From Macrostomum lignano (taxonomy: Eukaryota): DNA of 64,000 bases. The notes under the pieces were generated by a model. It did no database searches and was not told the origin of the DNA. It saw nothing but the letters and a program-made list of their open reading frames with translations. The translations under genes were made by a program, and so were the position numbers. This document shows, one piece after another, positions 34,522 through 46,890 of this stretch. The stretch is taken from positions 97,640 through 161,639 of the forward strand of contig NIVC01002559.1 in the NCBI GenBank assembly GCA_002269645.1. The letters are read 5' to 3'. Position 1 is the stretch's first letter. The number at the start of each line of letters is the position of its first letter.

Positions 34522-34980
34522 GGATGGTTGCTATTTGGGGGATGCTTGCCTTCTGGGGGATGCTTGCTATCTGGGCGATGCTTGCAATTTGGGGGATGCT
34601 TGCTATCTGAGGGATGCTTGCTATCTGGTGGATGCTTGCTATCTGAGGGATGCTTGCTATCTGAGTGATGCTTGCTATCTGGGGGATGCTTGCTATCTGA
34701 GGGATGCTTGCTATCTGAGGGATGCTTGCTATTTGGGGTATGCTTGCTATCTGAGGGATGCTTGCTATCTGGGGAATGCTTGCTATCTGGGGAATGTTTG
34801 CTATCTGGGGAATGCTTGCTATCTGGGGGATGCTTGCTATCTGGGGGATGTTTGCTATCTGGGGGATGCTTGCTATCTGGGGGATGCTTGCTATCTGGGG
34901 ATGCTTGCTATCTGGGGGATGCTTGCTATTTGAGGGATGCTTGCTATCTGGGGAATGCTTGCTATCTGGGGGATGCTTGT
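34522..34980. repeat. 18-bp satellite (GATGCTTGCTATCTGGGG), about 25 copies
   Basis: Tandem array in the 3' part of Helitron B; it is the source of several spurious ORFs. Confidence 0.95.
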
Positions 34981-35743
34981 GGTCTTGGGAAGATTTCTTA
35001 TTGCAATTCACTTCATTTGAGCAGTTTGTCTGTTGTCTTTGTGAAGGATTTTCTGGCTGTCTTTTTGTTACTTGTAGAGAACAGAGATTCTATCCAGATG
35101 TCCCCCATCGGGGGGCGAAGATTGCTAGTCCTATATACTAAAAATGAAAATCTTGCTTGTTTGTACGCAATCGATTAGAGAAAAAATGGCTGGACCGATT
35201 TTCTTCGAACTTGCACTGTTCGATCAGAAATTTTCCCGTGACGGTACATGCATCGTGGCTAAGAAATTGCTCGATGCTAAAGGCATAAAATATTCGAAAA
35301 ACATGCTTTTTTGCAAAGGTCAAGCAAACTTTTCGACTTGAAATGCATTGTAAGAATGCTAGAGAAAAAACTGACTGGTTGAATTCTGATTCTGAAATAG
35401 ATTGCATCATCACTGAATTGTAACTCCGACTTGAATTGAAAATGTAGTGTGGAAGCGTAGCACCAGACTTGATTTAAATTGCGTAACCATATTGTTAACT
35501 GATACTGACTGACTGAGAAACTGATTATGTCATAACTGCCTCGTGTGATTTACTCTATGCTTGGATTTTAAAGTGTTGAATTATATAAGTGCAAAATTTG
35601 ATGTTATCAAAACGATGAGAGCTAGCCTAGAGGTGAACAAACTGAACTGCCAAATGCAGCGACGATGGTTCGAATTTTCATAGAGTATAATTTTTTTAAT
35701 TAAAGCTTTTCAACTTCAGGAAAACTAAAAGACTTTTTAAAAA

Positions 35744-37560
35744 GAAGCGTCATGTAAAAAATCATAGAAGTGTCATGTAAACAATCATAGAAGCGCCATG
35801 TAAAAAATCGTAAAAGCGTTATATAAAAATCATAGAAGCGTAATGTAAAAAATCATAGAAGCGTCATGTAAACAATCATAGAAGCGTCATGTAAAAAATC
35901 ATAGAAGCGTCATGAAAAAATCATAGAAGCGTCATGTAAAAAATCATAGAAGCGTCATGTAAACAATCATAGAATCGCCATGTAAAAATCGTAAAAGCGT
36001 TATATAAAAATCATGGAAGTGTAATGTAAAAAATCATAGAAGCGTCATGTAAACAATCATAGAAGCGTCATGTAAAAAATCATAGAAGCGTCATGAAAAA
36101 ATCATAGAAGCGTCATGTAAACAATCATAGAAGCGTCATGCAAACAATCATAGAAGCGTCATGTAAAAATCATAGAAGCGTCATGAAAAAATCATAGAAG
36201 CGTCATGTAAACAATCATAGAAGCGTCATGCAAACAATCATAGAAGCGTCATGTAAAAGTCAAAAAAGCGTCATAAAAAATCATAGAAGCGTCATGAAAA
36301 AATCATGGAAGCGTCATGAAAAAATAATAAAAGCGTCATGTAATAATCATAGAAGCGTCATGCAAAAATCATAGAAGCGTCATGAAAAAATCATAGAAGC
36401 GTCATGTAAAAATCATAGAACCGTCATGTAAACAATCATAGTAGCGTCATTAAAAATCATAGAAGCGTCATGCAAACAATCATAGTAGCGTCATGTAAAA
36501 ATCATAGAAGCGTCATGTAAACAATCATAGAAGCGTCATGTAAAAATCATAGAAGCGTCATGTAAAAAAATCATAGAAGCGTCATGTAAACAAGCATAGA
36601 AGCGTCATGTAAAAATCAAAGAAGCGTCATGTAAACAATCATAGAAGCGTCATGTAAACAATCATAGAAGCGTCATAAAAAACCATAGAAGCGTCATGTA
36701 AACAATCATAGAAGCGTCATAAAAAAACCATAGAAGCGTCATGTAAACAAGCATAGAAGCGTCATGTAAACAATCATAGAAGCGTCATGTAAACAATCAT
36801 AGAAGCGTCATGTAAAAAATCATAGAAGCGTCATGTAAACAATCATAGAAGCGTCATGTAAAAAATCATAGAAGCGTCATGAAAAAATCATAGAAGCGTC
36901 ATGTAAACAATCATAGAAGCGTCATGCAAACAATCATAGAAGCGTCATGTAAAAATCATAGAAGCGTCATGAAAAAATCATAGAAGCGTCATGTAAACAA
37001 TCATAGAAGCGTCATGCAAACAATCATAGAAGCGTCATGTAAAAGTCAAAAAAGCGTCATAAAAAATCATAGAAGCGTCATGAAAAAATCACGGAAGCGT
37101 CATGAAAAAATAATAAAAGCGTCATGTAATAATCATAGAAGCGTCATGCAAAAATCATAGAAGCGTCATGAAAAAATCATAGAAGCGTCATGTAAAAATC
37201 ATAGAACCGTCATGTAAACAATCATAGTAGCGTCATTAAAAATCATAGAAGCGTCATGCAAACAATCATAGTAGCGTCATGTAAAAATCATAGAAGCGTC
37301 ATGTAAACAATCATAGAAGCGTCATGTAAAAATCATAGAAGCGTCATGTAAAAAAATCATAGAAGCGTCATGTAAACAAGCATAGAAGCGTCATGTAAAA
37401 AATCATAAAAGCGTCATGTAAAAAATCATAAAAGCGTCATTTAAAAAATCATAGCTGCGTCATGTAAAAATCATAGAAGCGTCATGCAAACAATAATAGA
37501 AGCGTCATGGTAAAATCATAGAAGCGTCATGCAAACAATCATAGAAGCCTCATATAAAAA
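35744..37560. repeat. 23-bp satellite A, about 80 copies
   Basis: Tandem array inside Helitron A2. Confidence 0.95.
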
Positions 37561-38461
37561 CTAATGAAAGCGTCATTTAAAAAATTAAGAAGAATAATGG
37601 AAGAATAAAAGAAGCGTCATGTAAAAATCAAAAGAAGCGCCATGTCAGACATGAAAGGTGTCATATAAAAATTAAATGAAGCTATAGTACAGTGCTGTGC
37701 TGGGGAGAATTACTGAGACGTCAAGGCTCACAGAGAATAACTGAGATTACAGGTGGGGGGGGGGGTTTCTGAGATGTCAAAGCAAAAGTCAGAAGCTACT
37801 TCAAAGTTCATGTACTTTACTCAATTTTTATTACATTCATTGTTGGCTCGCCACAGGGGGGGCGCTGATAGAAGCAGAGTCATGTAAAAAATAAAAGTAG
37901 CACTATGTATACATATAAGAAAAGTCATGTCGAAGTTAAAAGATTCATTTGGGAATTGCTACAATGTCAAAGCTTGGTGGAAATCGTTATAGTGCTGTGA
38001 TTCTTAAAGAAGGAAACACTAAAATGCCAAGGCTTAGGGGAGAAGAATTGCTGAGATTTCAAGGCTTTAGGTTGGGTTAAAGTTAGGTTTAGGTCAGGTG
38101 TGGGTTGAGGGTTATATTTTATCGGGTTTCAAGGTTAACAGGGGATTTTTTTAGATTTCAAGATTTATGGGGGCATCGCTGACATGTCAAGGCTTACGGG
38201 GGGAATAGCTGAGATGTCAAGGCTCACGGGGTATAAATGAGATTTCAAGGCTAAAGTCAGAAGCTACATGTAGTTTAATGAAAACTTTTTATTACATTTT
38301 TTGTTGGCTCCTCAGGGCTCACTGATAGAAAAAGCATAATGTAAAAAATAAAAGAAGCTTCATGTCGAAGCGAAGAGATTCATTTGGGAATCCCTACGAG
38401 GGAATCGCTATAACGCTGTAGTAGTGCTATAATGACTCAGAATTACTGAAATTTCAATGCT

Positions 38462-38517
38462 TTAGGGTTAGGTTAGGGTTAGGGTTAGGGTTAGGGTTAG
38501 GCTAGGGTTAGGGTTAG
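38462..38517 (+). repeat. Interstitial (TTAGGG)n, with degenerate copies at 38778-38868 and about 39024-39045
   Basis: Same position in the element as the tract in A1. Confidence 0.9.
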
Positions 38518-40252
38518 AAGGTTGACAGATTTTTTTAGACTTCAAGGCTTATTTGGGGCATCGCTGAGATGTCAAGGGGGGAGTTGATTTGTTAAAGCTT
38601 GTGGGGGGAATTACTGACATTTCAAGGCTTACAAGGGACTTTTGAGGTATATTGCAAAGAGATGCTACATGTAGTTTATTACAAAACTTGTACTGTATTT
38701 TTGGCTCCCTAACGCTAAGATACTAAGCTAAAAAATACTACTAGCTCTTCACAAACTTATGCAGATGTCAGGCTGTAGGGTTAGTGTTAGGGTTGGTATT
38801 AGGGTTTAGGTTTAGGGTTAGGTTCAGGGTTATTGCGTTAAGATTCGGGTTAGGCTTAGGGTTAGGGTAGCTTATAACTTGGCTCATTTAGCTTATTAAA
38901 AATGTTTATCATGGAAGCATCATGCAAAAATAATGGAAGCGTCATGCAAAAACAATGGAAGCGTCATGCCAAAAATCATAGAAGCATCGATCATGCAAAA
39001 ACTCATGGACAAAATATTGAATTTAGGGTTTTGGTTAGGGTTAGAATTTTGACAGGAGATTTTTTAAGATTTCAAGGCTACATGTAGCTTATTAAAAATA
39101 CGTGTATTGCATTTCTTTGGCTCCCCAACGGGGGGCGTAGATTGCTAGTTTAGACTACTGATGAAAGTAGACGAATAAAGAGTTGAATCGTAAAACCTCT
39201 CGCATGGCCCAAAAAATTCCGTCTTTAAAAGAAAAGGCAAAATAAAAAACTTCTGTGCACTCTAAAAGTGATAGGAGAAGGACGATGCGTGTTTATGGCT
39301 GGGTGAAGAAGGCAAATAAGTCAGAAACAGGTACCTGACTGTTTTCAGTGGATGGTGTACTTTTAGGTATAGATGCTGTCACTGATTATCCGGCGCAATG
39401 CTAATCCAAGTCAGCCTCATGAAAATTTCTTTCATGAACTACGAGTATTTTATCAATCACGTGTTCAACTAGCATCTTGCAAGTTATATAAAAACAATTC
39501 TTTTATATTTTTCCTCATTATCAGTTTTTTAAAATTGAAAAAGGAAAGCTCAAAACAGAGGGATAACAAAGTGCTGGGGCACTACGCTGCATTTCAAGTG
39601 CACTCCAGACAGTGATTTTCCATCAGGTTCGTGACGAATAAGCAAAACCTGACTTTTAAACCAATGCATTCGCTGTGTTATCCGGCCAGGCTACTGACTT
39701 TGCTTCCAGAGGCTTTTTGTTGAAAATGCAGCACCGGAAAGCGTGTGTGTCCGGTACAGAATTCCCCAGAAAAATCTGGGACATTGAAGCCTGAGGTCCT
39801 GAAGCTCATTTTCCGTAAATCCTACGCCTGAATAGCTCTCAGCTCTGCTATTGGCTCGGCAAACTGCTATAATATTCCTACTCACTCAACCTCGGATCTC
39901 TGCTACCCCAATTAAAATAAGCTGAGTCTTTATACATGCAATACCAGGTTAAAGTTTAATTTACCACTTCGAGCTCACTGAATGGTACGTAAGCGTCAAT
40001 TGTGTTTTATTGGCAGTTGCACGTTATACAAATAATGCTTGCAGAAAATCTAAAATTCGATGCTATACTGCGATCGCTCTCCTCGCAAATACTGATTTTT
40101 GTTAGACTTAATGTTCTAAATAATTACTTGAGTTTTAGAGGAACAGATTTTGAAAGCAGCATCATCAAACCATCGAACTTGGCTTAATTCTGGTATTAAA
40201 TTTGATCGAATATGCCTTCCTCAAAATCATTTAGGCAAACAGCAGCTTAAGC

Positions 40253-41242
40253 ATGAGCAGCCTACATGTAAATGATCAGAACGTCACCGACTCCGAGGAG
40301 GTGAATCAAACGAAGCTCAAAGTCGCTGACATCGTCTTTCTCATCACCGGAATGTGCATCGGAGTTTGTGGAAACCTGCTCACAGTTCTCTCTCTGACGC
40401 GATTCAAGCACCTCAAGTCGGCCACAAACATCCTGATTGTGAACATCGGCATGGCCGACCTGCTCGTGTGCTCGTACTCGATCCCGACTATACTGGCGAA
40501 CCGCATCGCTGAGAACAATGTCTTTCATGACGTCATTTGTCGCGTGAACGCGTACGCGCTGTTCTCGGCCGCTGGAGTGTCCAACTTCAGCTTCACGCTG
40601 ATTGCTGTAGCTCGGAACCTGTGCGTCATGCACCGAGTCGCGTACCAGAGGCACTTCACGGACTGCAGGGTGATTGCATACTGCGTAGCCTGCTGGGTGT
40701 TTTGGTTTCTCGTCAGCGGCTTTTTCTGGTGGCAGAAAGGATTCGGATACATTCCCGAGGCGTTCATCTGCTTCTACTACGACAATGACTCGCCGTTTGC
40801 TCTGAGCCTACTGCTCACCTTGCTGGGAGTCGCGGTTCCGTCAATGCTGGCCGCTTGTTGCTACATCAGCCTGTTCTACAAGCTGTTCCGGATTCGCAAG
40901 GAGGTCGAGAACTCTTTGGCGAATACAAATGACGACAGATGTGTCAACAAGGAGTGGAAGGCTCTTGCTCCAGTGCTGACCGCTTTCATTGTGTTCAACT
41001 TGTGCTGGGGTCCCTACAGCATCCACGTGTACATTGATAAGTTCATCGACCACGTAGGAAGAATTCCGCACAAGGTGATCACGTGGCTCGCCGTGTTCAA
41101 TTCGACGCTGAACCCGATCATCTACGGCGTGCTGAATCCGAGCATTCGACGCAGCTACCTGCGCCTGATTCGCGCTGCCTTCGCTTGCCGCGCCTGCAAG
41201 CGACCTGCCGTGGTGGCGCCGATCGAGATCTGTCATTTCTAA
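40253..41242 (+). CDS. Intronless class A GPCR, melatonin-receptor-like paralogue 2 (329 aa)
   Basis: Same 7TM motifs as 24431-25435, including ARN, CWGPY and NPIIY. Confidence 0.93.
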   Translation: MSSLHVNDQNVTDSEEVNQTKLKVADIVFLITGMCIGVCGNLLTVLSLTRFKHLKSATNILIVNIGMADLLVCSYSIPTILANRIAENNVFHDVICRVNAYALFSAAGVSNFSFTLIAVARNLCVMHRVAYQRHFTDCRVIAYCVACWVFWFLVSGFFWWQKGFGYIPEAFICFYYDNDSPFALSLLLTLLGVAVPSMLAACCYISLFYKLFRIRKEVENSLANTNDDRCVNKEWKALAPVLTAFIVFNLCWGPYSIHVYIDKFIDHVGRIPHKVITWLAVFNSTLNPIIYGVLNPSIRRSYLRLIRAAFACRACKRPAVVAPIEICHF

Positions 41243-42403
41243 CTAAATTTGCCGAGATATCTTTTGCTCGGATATCTTTTGATAATTAAGCATTGAGCTT
41301 TTTAAAAAAGTCACTAAGCATTATTTCTGGTTCACATCGTTCACAGACTTAACTAACAAATGTCGTGTTTTGCTTTTTTGTTTCAGTGCAAGGGCACCCT
41401 GTCCTCCAGTCGTTGTATGACTGAAGCTGTATGCACCAGACTGTGACTTGTCGTGTGGCTTAAGCTTTAGCTGATAGTGATTCACCCCTCCTACCTTTGT
41501 TATCATTATTTCCGTGCCGTAAATTGCCTGGCGCCAGTCACGCCTTTTGTGTACTATTTGTTGTTTACTGCGTTCTGATTGGCTCGGTCTGGCGGCGGGC
41601 TCGGTGCCCCCCCCCCGGGGTGGTGGGTTGGAGGGCTTGTGGCCTCGGCTGTTTAGCTAATCGCGCCTGGCCGCTGGGCAGGGTGTCGTGTTTTTTCGTT
41701 TGTGTTTTGTTTTAATTTGCCCTCCTCTTTAGCTGGAAAGACGCGGGGACCCAGACGGTCACTGAGAAGTCTCAGTAGTGCGATATACGCACACTAAGAC
41801 ACTGAATAAATACTGGCTACAGGCATTCAATGCAAAGAATGACATGGCAAGCGTTAAATCGTGATTTTTGTTAATTTTTTCTTTAAAAAGAGGAAATCAC
41901 TCTCGATCGATTATAAAAAATCTATCAATTTTCAGCATGCAGCAATCGAATTTTACAAGCATTGTAATCTTTGTTAAAATGATTTCTAAAAGATTAAAAT
42001 CTTTAACCGAAAAAGATTAAAAGAGACTGATTATTGAAGCTGCAGCTGCTATCTCAGTCCGTTAAGTAATTATCGAAAAGCGTGATCAACACGGAACTCG
42101 TCAAAATTACAGCAACACAGCAACTCACGCACTGAGTTGAGAAGTTTAATCAAATTAAAAATCGAAAAACCCACTACCAACGAAAGATCTAGCGGCATGT
42201 AGCGCAAAAATTCAAAAATATTCGCAACGAAATTTCGGACATTTTAAGTACATTGATGTTTCATCTCGCTGTGCACTGAAATTACTCCAATCCGAAAGGA
42301 AAATCCTTTGGTAATCCATTGGGATTTCAAGTCGTCTTAGGAGGGGAAAGGGAGGCTCCTTGTTTAAAAATCTCTTTTGATGAAATCATTTCAAATAGAT
42401 AAA

Positions 42404-43563
<1,160 letters not shown>

Positions 43564-44684
43564 CTTGAAGTCCAGTTGCTTTTTGCACACATGGAAGGAA
43601 GCAAGAACAAGAAGACAAATAGCTATTAACGTGGCAAAAAGCATTTTTGCCCGCGTGAAGCAAGTTGTAAGTAGAATAGGACGCAATTTAGTGGTTTTTG
43701 TATCTAATTTTCAACATTAACTATGAGCTAAAATATAATGAATTATTTTCCTTGTTGCAGTCTTTCTATGCCCTGCCAACCTACCCGAACAGGTTACGAG
43801 CCTTCACCTGTTTGTCTTTAGCTGTCTCTTGATATAGCCATAATTGGGGTTCTGTGATCTTTTTTCAAAACATTAATTGGCTGTAACGCAGCCACTTTAA
43901 GCTAGCAAAGTTGCCTGCTACCAGGAAGCGTCTGCAGGGTGTTCAGGTAGTAGCGGATTTGTTTGACGTCAGTTTTAAAGTTTTCAGAAGTCCCGACTCT
44001 ACTGCACATCATTTGCCCCTGCAGAAAATAATCTGCCAGAAATATCTAAATCGACTTATAAATCCGAAAGTCTCCCGATGCGTACATACGAGTATCAAGA
44101 CAGCATTCGCTCCCTCACAAAGCTGCTCAATGATTGGCTGCTCTGAGGAGAATAAAAAGCTTTTCCATAGCGGAGACAAACCGAGTGTTCGCTCCTTACT
44201 TTCAGCCTAAAGCGGTCCGTTTTCGTCAATATTTCGAGTTTTACGACTTGAGTGCTTGCTTCAGGAATAAAATCGATTTAGCACACAAAATTTTGAAACT
44301 ATCAAACAAGACCTGCAATATAAACACTGAGAAGGTAAGATATTCCATTAAACATAGTTTCTATAATTGTGTCAAATATTGACTTGAAGGCTTTCGACTG
44401 CAGATTTACCAATAGTGAAGCATGCAGCTAATAAATCTTGTTCATTATTATCGACACTCTGATAGCTCTTGACACAAAATATGTTTTAGAAACCCACTTA
44501 CATTGTACTCGTACTTTATGCGAGTTTATACCTTAATCCAATAAAACAGAATCACTCATGCATACCAGATAGGTATTTCTGTCAGCCATTTCCTTGTTAA
44601 ACTGAATAAAAAAAAAACAATAACGTTTTCAGGCCCAATTGTTATAAAATCGGTTGGAACTCAAGGACTTCAGAGAATTGGTAG

Positions 44685-45710
44685 ATGGATGACGGCAAGA
44701 ACTGTACATTTTTTTATTCTTCAAACGACAATAGCACTGAACTAGTCGACGCCGATCCACCGGAGCTCAAAGTCGCTGACATCGCCTTTCTTATCGCGGG
44801 AATGTGCGTTGGAGTTTGTGGAAACCTGCTCACGATCCTCTCCGTGACGCGATTCAAGCAGCTCAAGTCGGCCACGAACATCCTGGTTGTGAACATCGGC
44901 ATGGCCGACCTGCTCGTGTGCTCATACTCGATCCCGACTATCCTGGCGAACCGCATCGCCGAGAACAATGTCTTTCACGACGTCATTTGTCGCGTGAACG
45001 CGTACGCGCTGTTCTCGGCCGCCGGAGTGTCCAACTTCAGCTTCACGCTGATCGCAGTAGCTCGGAACCTGTGCGTCATGCACCGAGTCGTGTACCAGAG
45101 GCACTTCACGGACTACAGAGTGATTGCATACTGCGTAGCCTGCTGGGTGTTTTGGTTTCTCATCAGCGGCTTTTTCTGGTGGCAGGGTGGTTTTGGCTTC
45201 ATTCCTGAAGTATTCATCTGCTTTTATTACGATGACGAAGCTCCTTTTTCATTGAGCTTTCTGCTCACTTTAGTTGGCGTAGCAGTGCCATCATTGGTGG
45301 CCGCCAGTTGCTACATCAGCCTGTTCTACAAGCTGTTTCAGATTCGCAAAGCGGCTGAGGACTCATTGTCTGGAGACACGGCAGATGGCACATCTGTCAG
45401 CAAGGAATGGAAGGCTCTTGCTCCTGTGCTGACTGCTTTTATCATCTTTAACTTGTGCTGGGGTCCCTACAGCATCCACGTGTACATCGACAAGTTCTTA
45501 GCTCCTATAGGAAGAATTCCCCACAAGGTGATCACGTGGCTCGCCGTCTTCAATTCAACTCTGAATCCGATCATCTACGGCGTGCTGAACTCAAACTTTC
45601 GACGCAGCTACCTGCGCCTGATTCGCGCTGCCTTCGCTTGCCGCGCCTGCAAACGGTCTGCCGCCGTGGCGCCGTCTGAAACTCGCGATTGGTCAACGGT
45701 ACCGACGTGA
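44685..45710 (+). CDS. Intronless class A GPCR, melatonin-receptor-like paralogue 3 (341 aa)
   Basis: Same 7TM motifs, with divergent ECL2/TM5 and ECL3. Confidence 0.93.
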   Translation: MDDGKNCTFFYSSNDNSTELVDADPPELKVADIAFLIAGMCVGVCGNLLTILSVTRFKQLKSATNILVVNIGMADLLVCSYSIPTILANRIAENNVFHDVICRVNAYALFSAAGVSNFSFTLIAVARNLCVMHRVVYQRHFTDYRVIAYCVACWVFWFLISGFFWWQGGFGFIPEVFICFYYDDEAPFSLSFLLTLVGVAVPSLVAASCYISLFYKLFQIRKAAEDSLSGDTADGTSVSKEWKALAPVLTAFIIFNLCWGPYSIHVYIDKFLAPIGRIPHKVITWLAVFNSTLNPIIYGVLNSNFRRSYLRLIRAAFACRACKRSAAVAPSETRDWSTVPT

Positions 45711-46617
45711 AGAGTCAGGTTTTGATCACTCTGTACTTTGTTGCTATGACAATCGTGGATCTAGTGAGCATTCCAATTATATTCGAATGTTTTTCTCACA
45801 TACGAAGAGTTTAGCAACGTTCTGTTGATGCCGTTTTTGAGTGAAATGCAAATGATTTTTCCGTTAAATACCACTTCAGCAATTTCTTTTACCACTAAAA
45901 CACCTATTGCTTGTGCTTCTGTAAGGTACTGGTTCTGCGGATTTGATATTTTCTAACAACGTGTACACTCAGCAACCACCTTCTTGCATAGAACATCTTT
46001 TTGGGGTTCTCTTTTAGGTGCATCAATGCGTTTCCAAGATAAATATGTCAAAAGTCCGTGAAAGTTATTGTTTTAGACAGTGCACTAGATAGTGAACCTA
46101 CATTTTATGTAGCTTAAAATATATTTTTTGGTATTTACATTGGCTAGCTTGCTTTAAAAACCAAAACCTTCAAACGACGCAGGGCTGAGTTTTTCTCGAT
46201 CAGAGAACGACCTGCTTGCTTCAATTCATCCCAGCTGAATTTTTAATGTTTATCGTTTTGTTTTAACCAAGTTGAACTTTATTTCTGTGAGTTTGAATTT
46301 TACGAAGCATTTGTCGCAAATGGACAAAGTTCCACGTCAAATTAATTTCCAATCTTCATTCAAGCATGCACTGAAAAAGACAAACTCGCTCTGTTTACGA
46401 GCAAAAAAGATCTTCAACAGTCAAGCTAAGTCTGCTTCTTCAGTACTTTTTAACCTCATCTTACTTATTTGTTTTCTCAAAAGCATCAATTGCACTTGAA
46501 TGTCATGGCTACTAAATTTATTTGACTCCATTATTCGCTGGCCGATATGCAAATCTTGAAACATTATGTAGTATTAGTCAGCAATCGTTTGTACGAGCTA
46601 TAATTATCCATAAAAGT

Positions 46618-46890
46618 GGGTTGTACCTAGTGGTTAGATCGTTGGACTCTCGACCGAAATGTCGGGGGTTCGACTCTCGACACAATCCGGACAATTTGTG
46701 TCTTTGAGCAAAGACACTTAACTCTGCATTGCTTCAGTTCACCCAGCTGTAAAATGGGTGCCATGCAGCATTAGCTGGGGTAATTGAGGCGGTGTGTGGC
46801 GACCCCCCAGTCCTTGGACTGAACAGCCGTACGCAGCCTTCAGATGCGCCGCGCAATTAGGCAAGATTGAATCAATTATAATTAATATTT
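46618..46890 (+). mobile_element. tRNA-derived SINE with a CORE-like domain, copy 1 (short 3' deletion)
   Basis: A box TACCTAGTGG, B box GGTTCGACTC, then TGTGTCTTTGAGCAAAGACACTTAACTCTGC...CTGTAAAATGG. Homologous to 48723-49025. Confidence 0.8.

Larger units (their letters stand above)
32113..35128 (+). mobile_element. Non-autonomous Helitron, unit B (diverged subfamily)
   Basis: Its TC start directly abuts the CTAG of A1. The about 450-bp head is homologous to A but diverged. Ends with a CCCCC-ATC-GGGGG hairpin and GATTGCTAG. Confidence 0.85.
35129..39148 (+). mobile_element. Non-autonomous Helitron, unit A2
   Basis: The head and tail are close to A1. Ends with hairpin plus CTAG followed by T, which completes an A^T target site for the whole array. 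Confidence 0.85.

Noticed and set aside
34502-35178. ORFs of (PQIASI)n, (GDACYL)n and similar
   Set aside because: These are translations of the 18-bp satellite inside a Helitron, with no splice or codon support.
29209-37560. Regular 23-bp repeats resembling a CRISPR array
   Set aside because: The monomers are contiguous with no unique spacers, there are no cas genes, and the context is eukaryotic.
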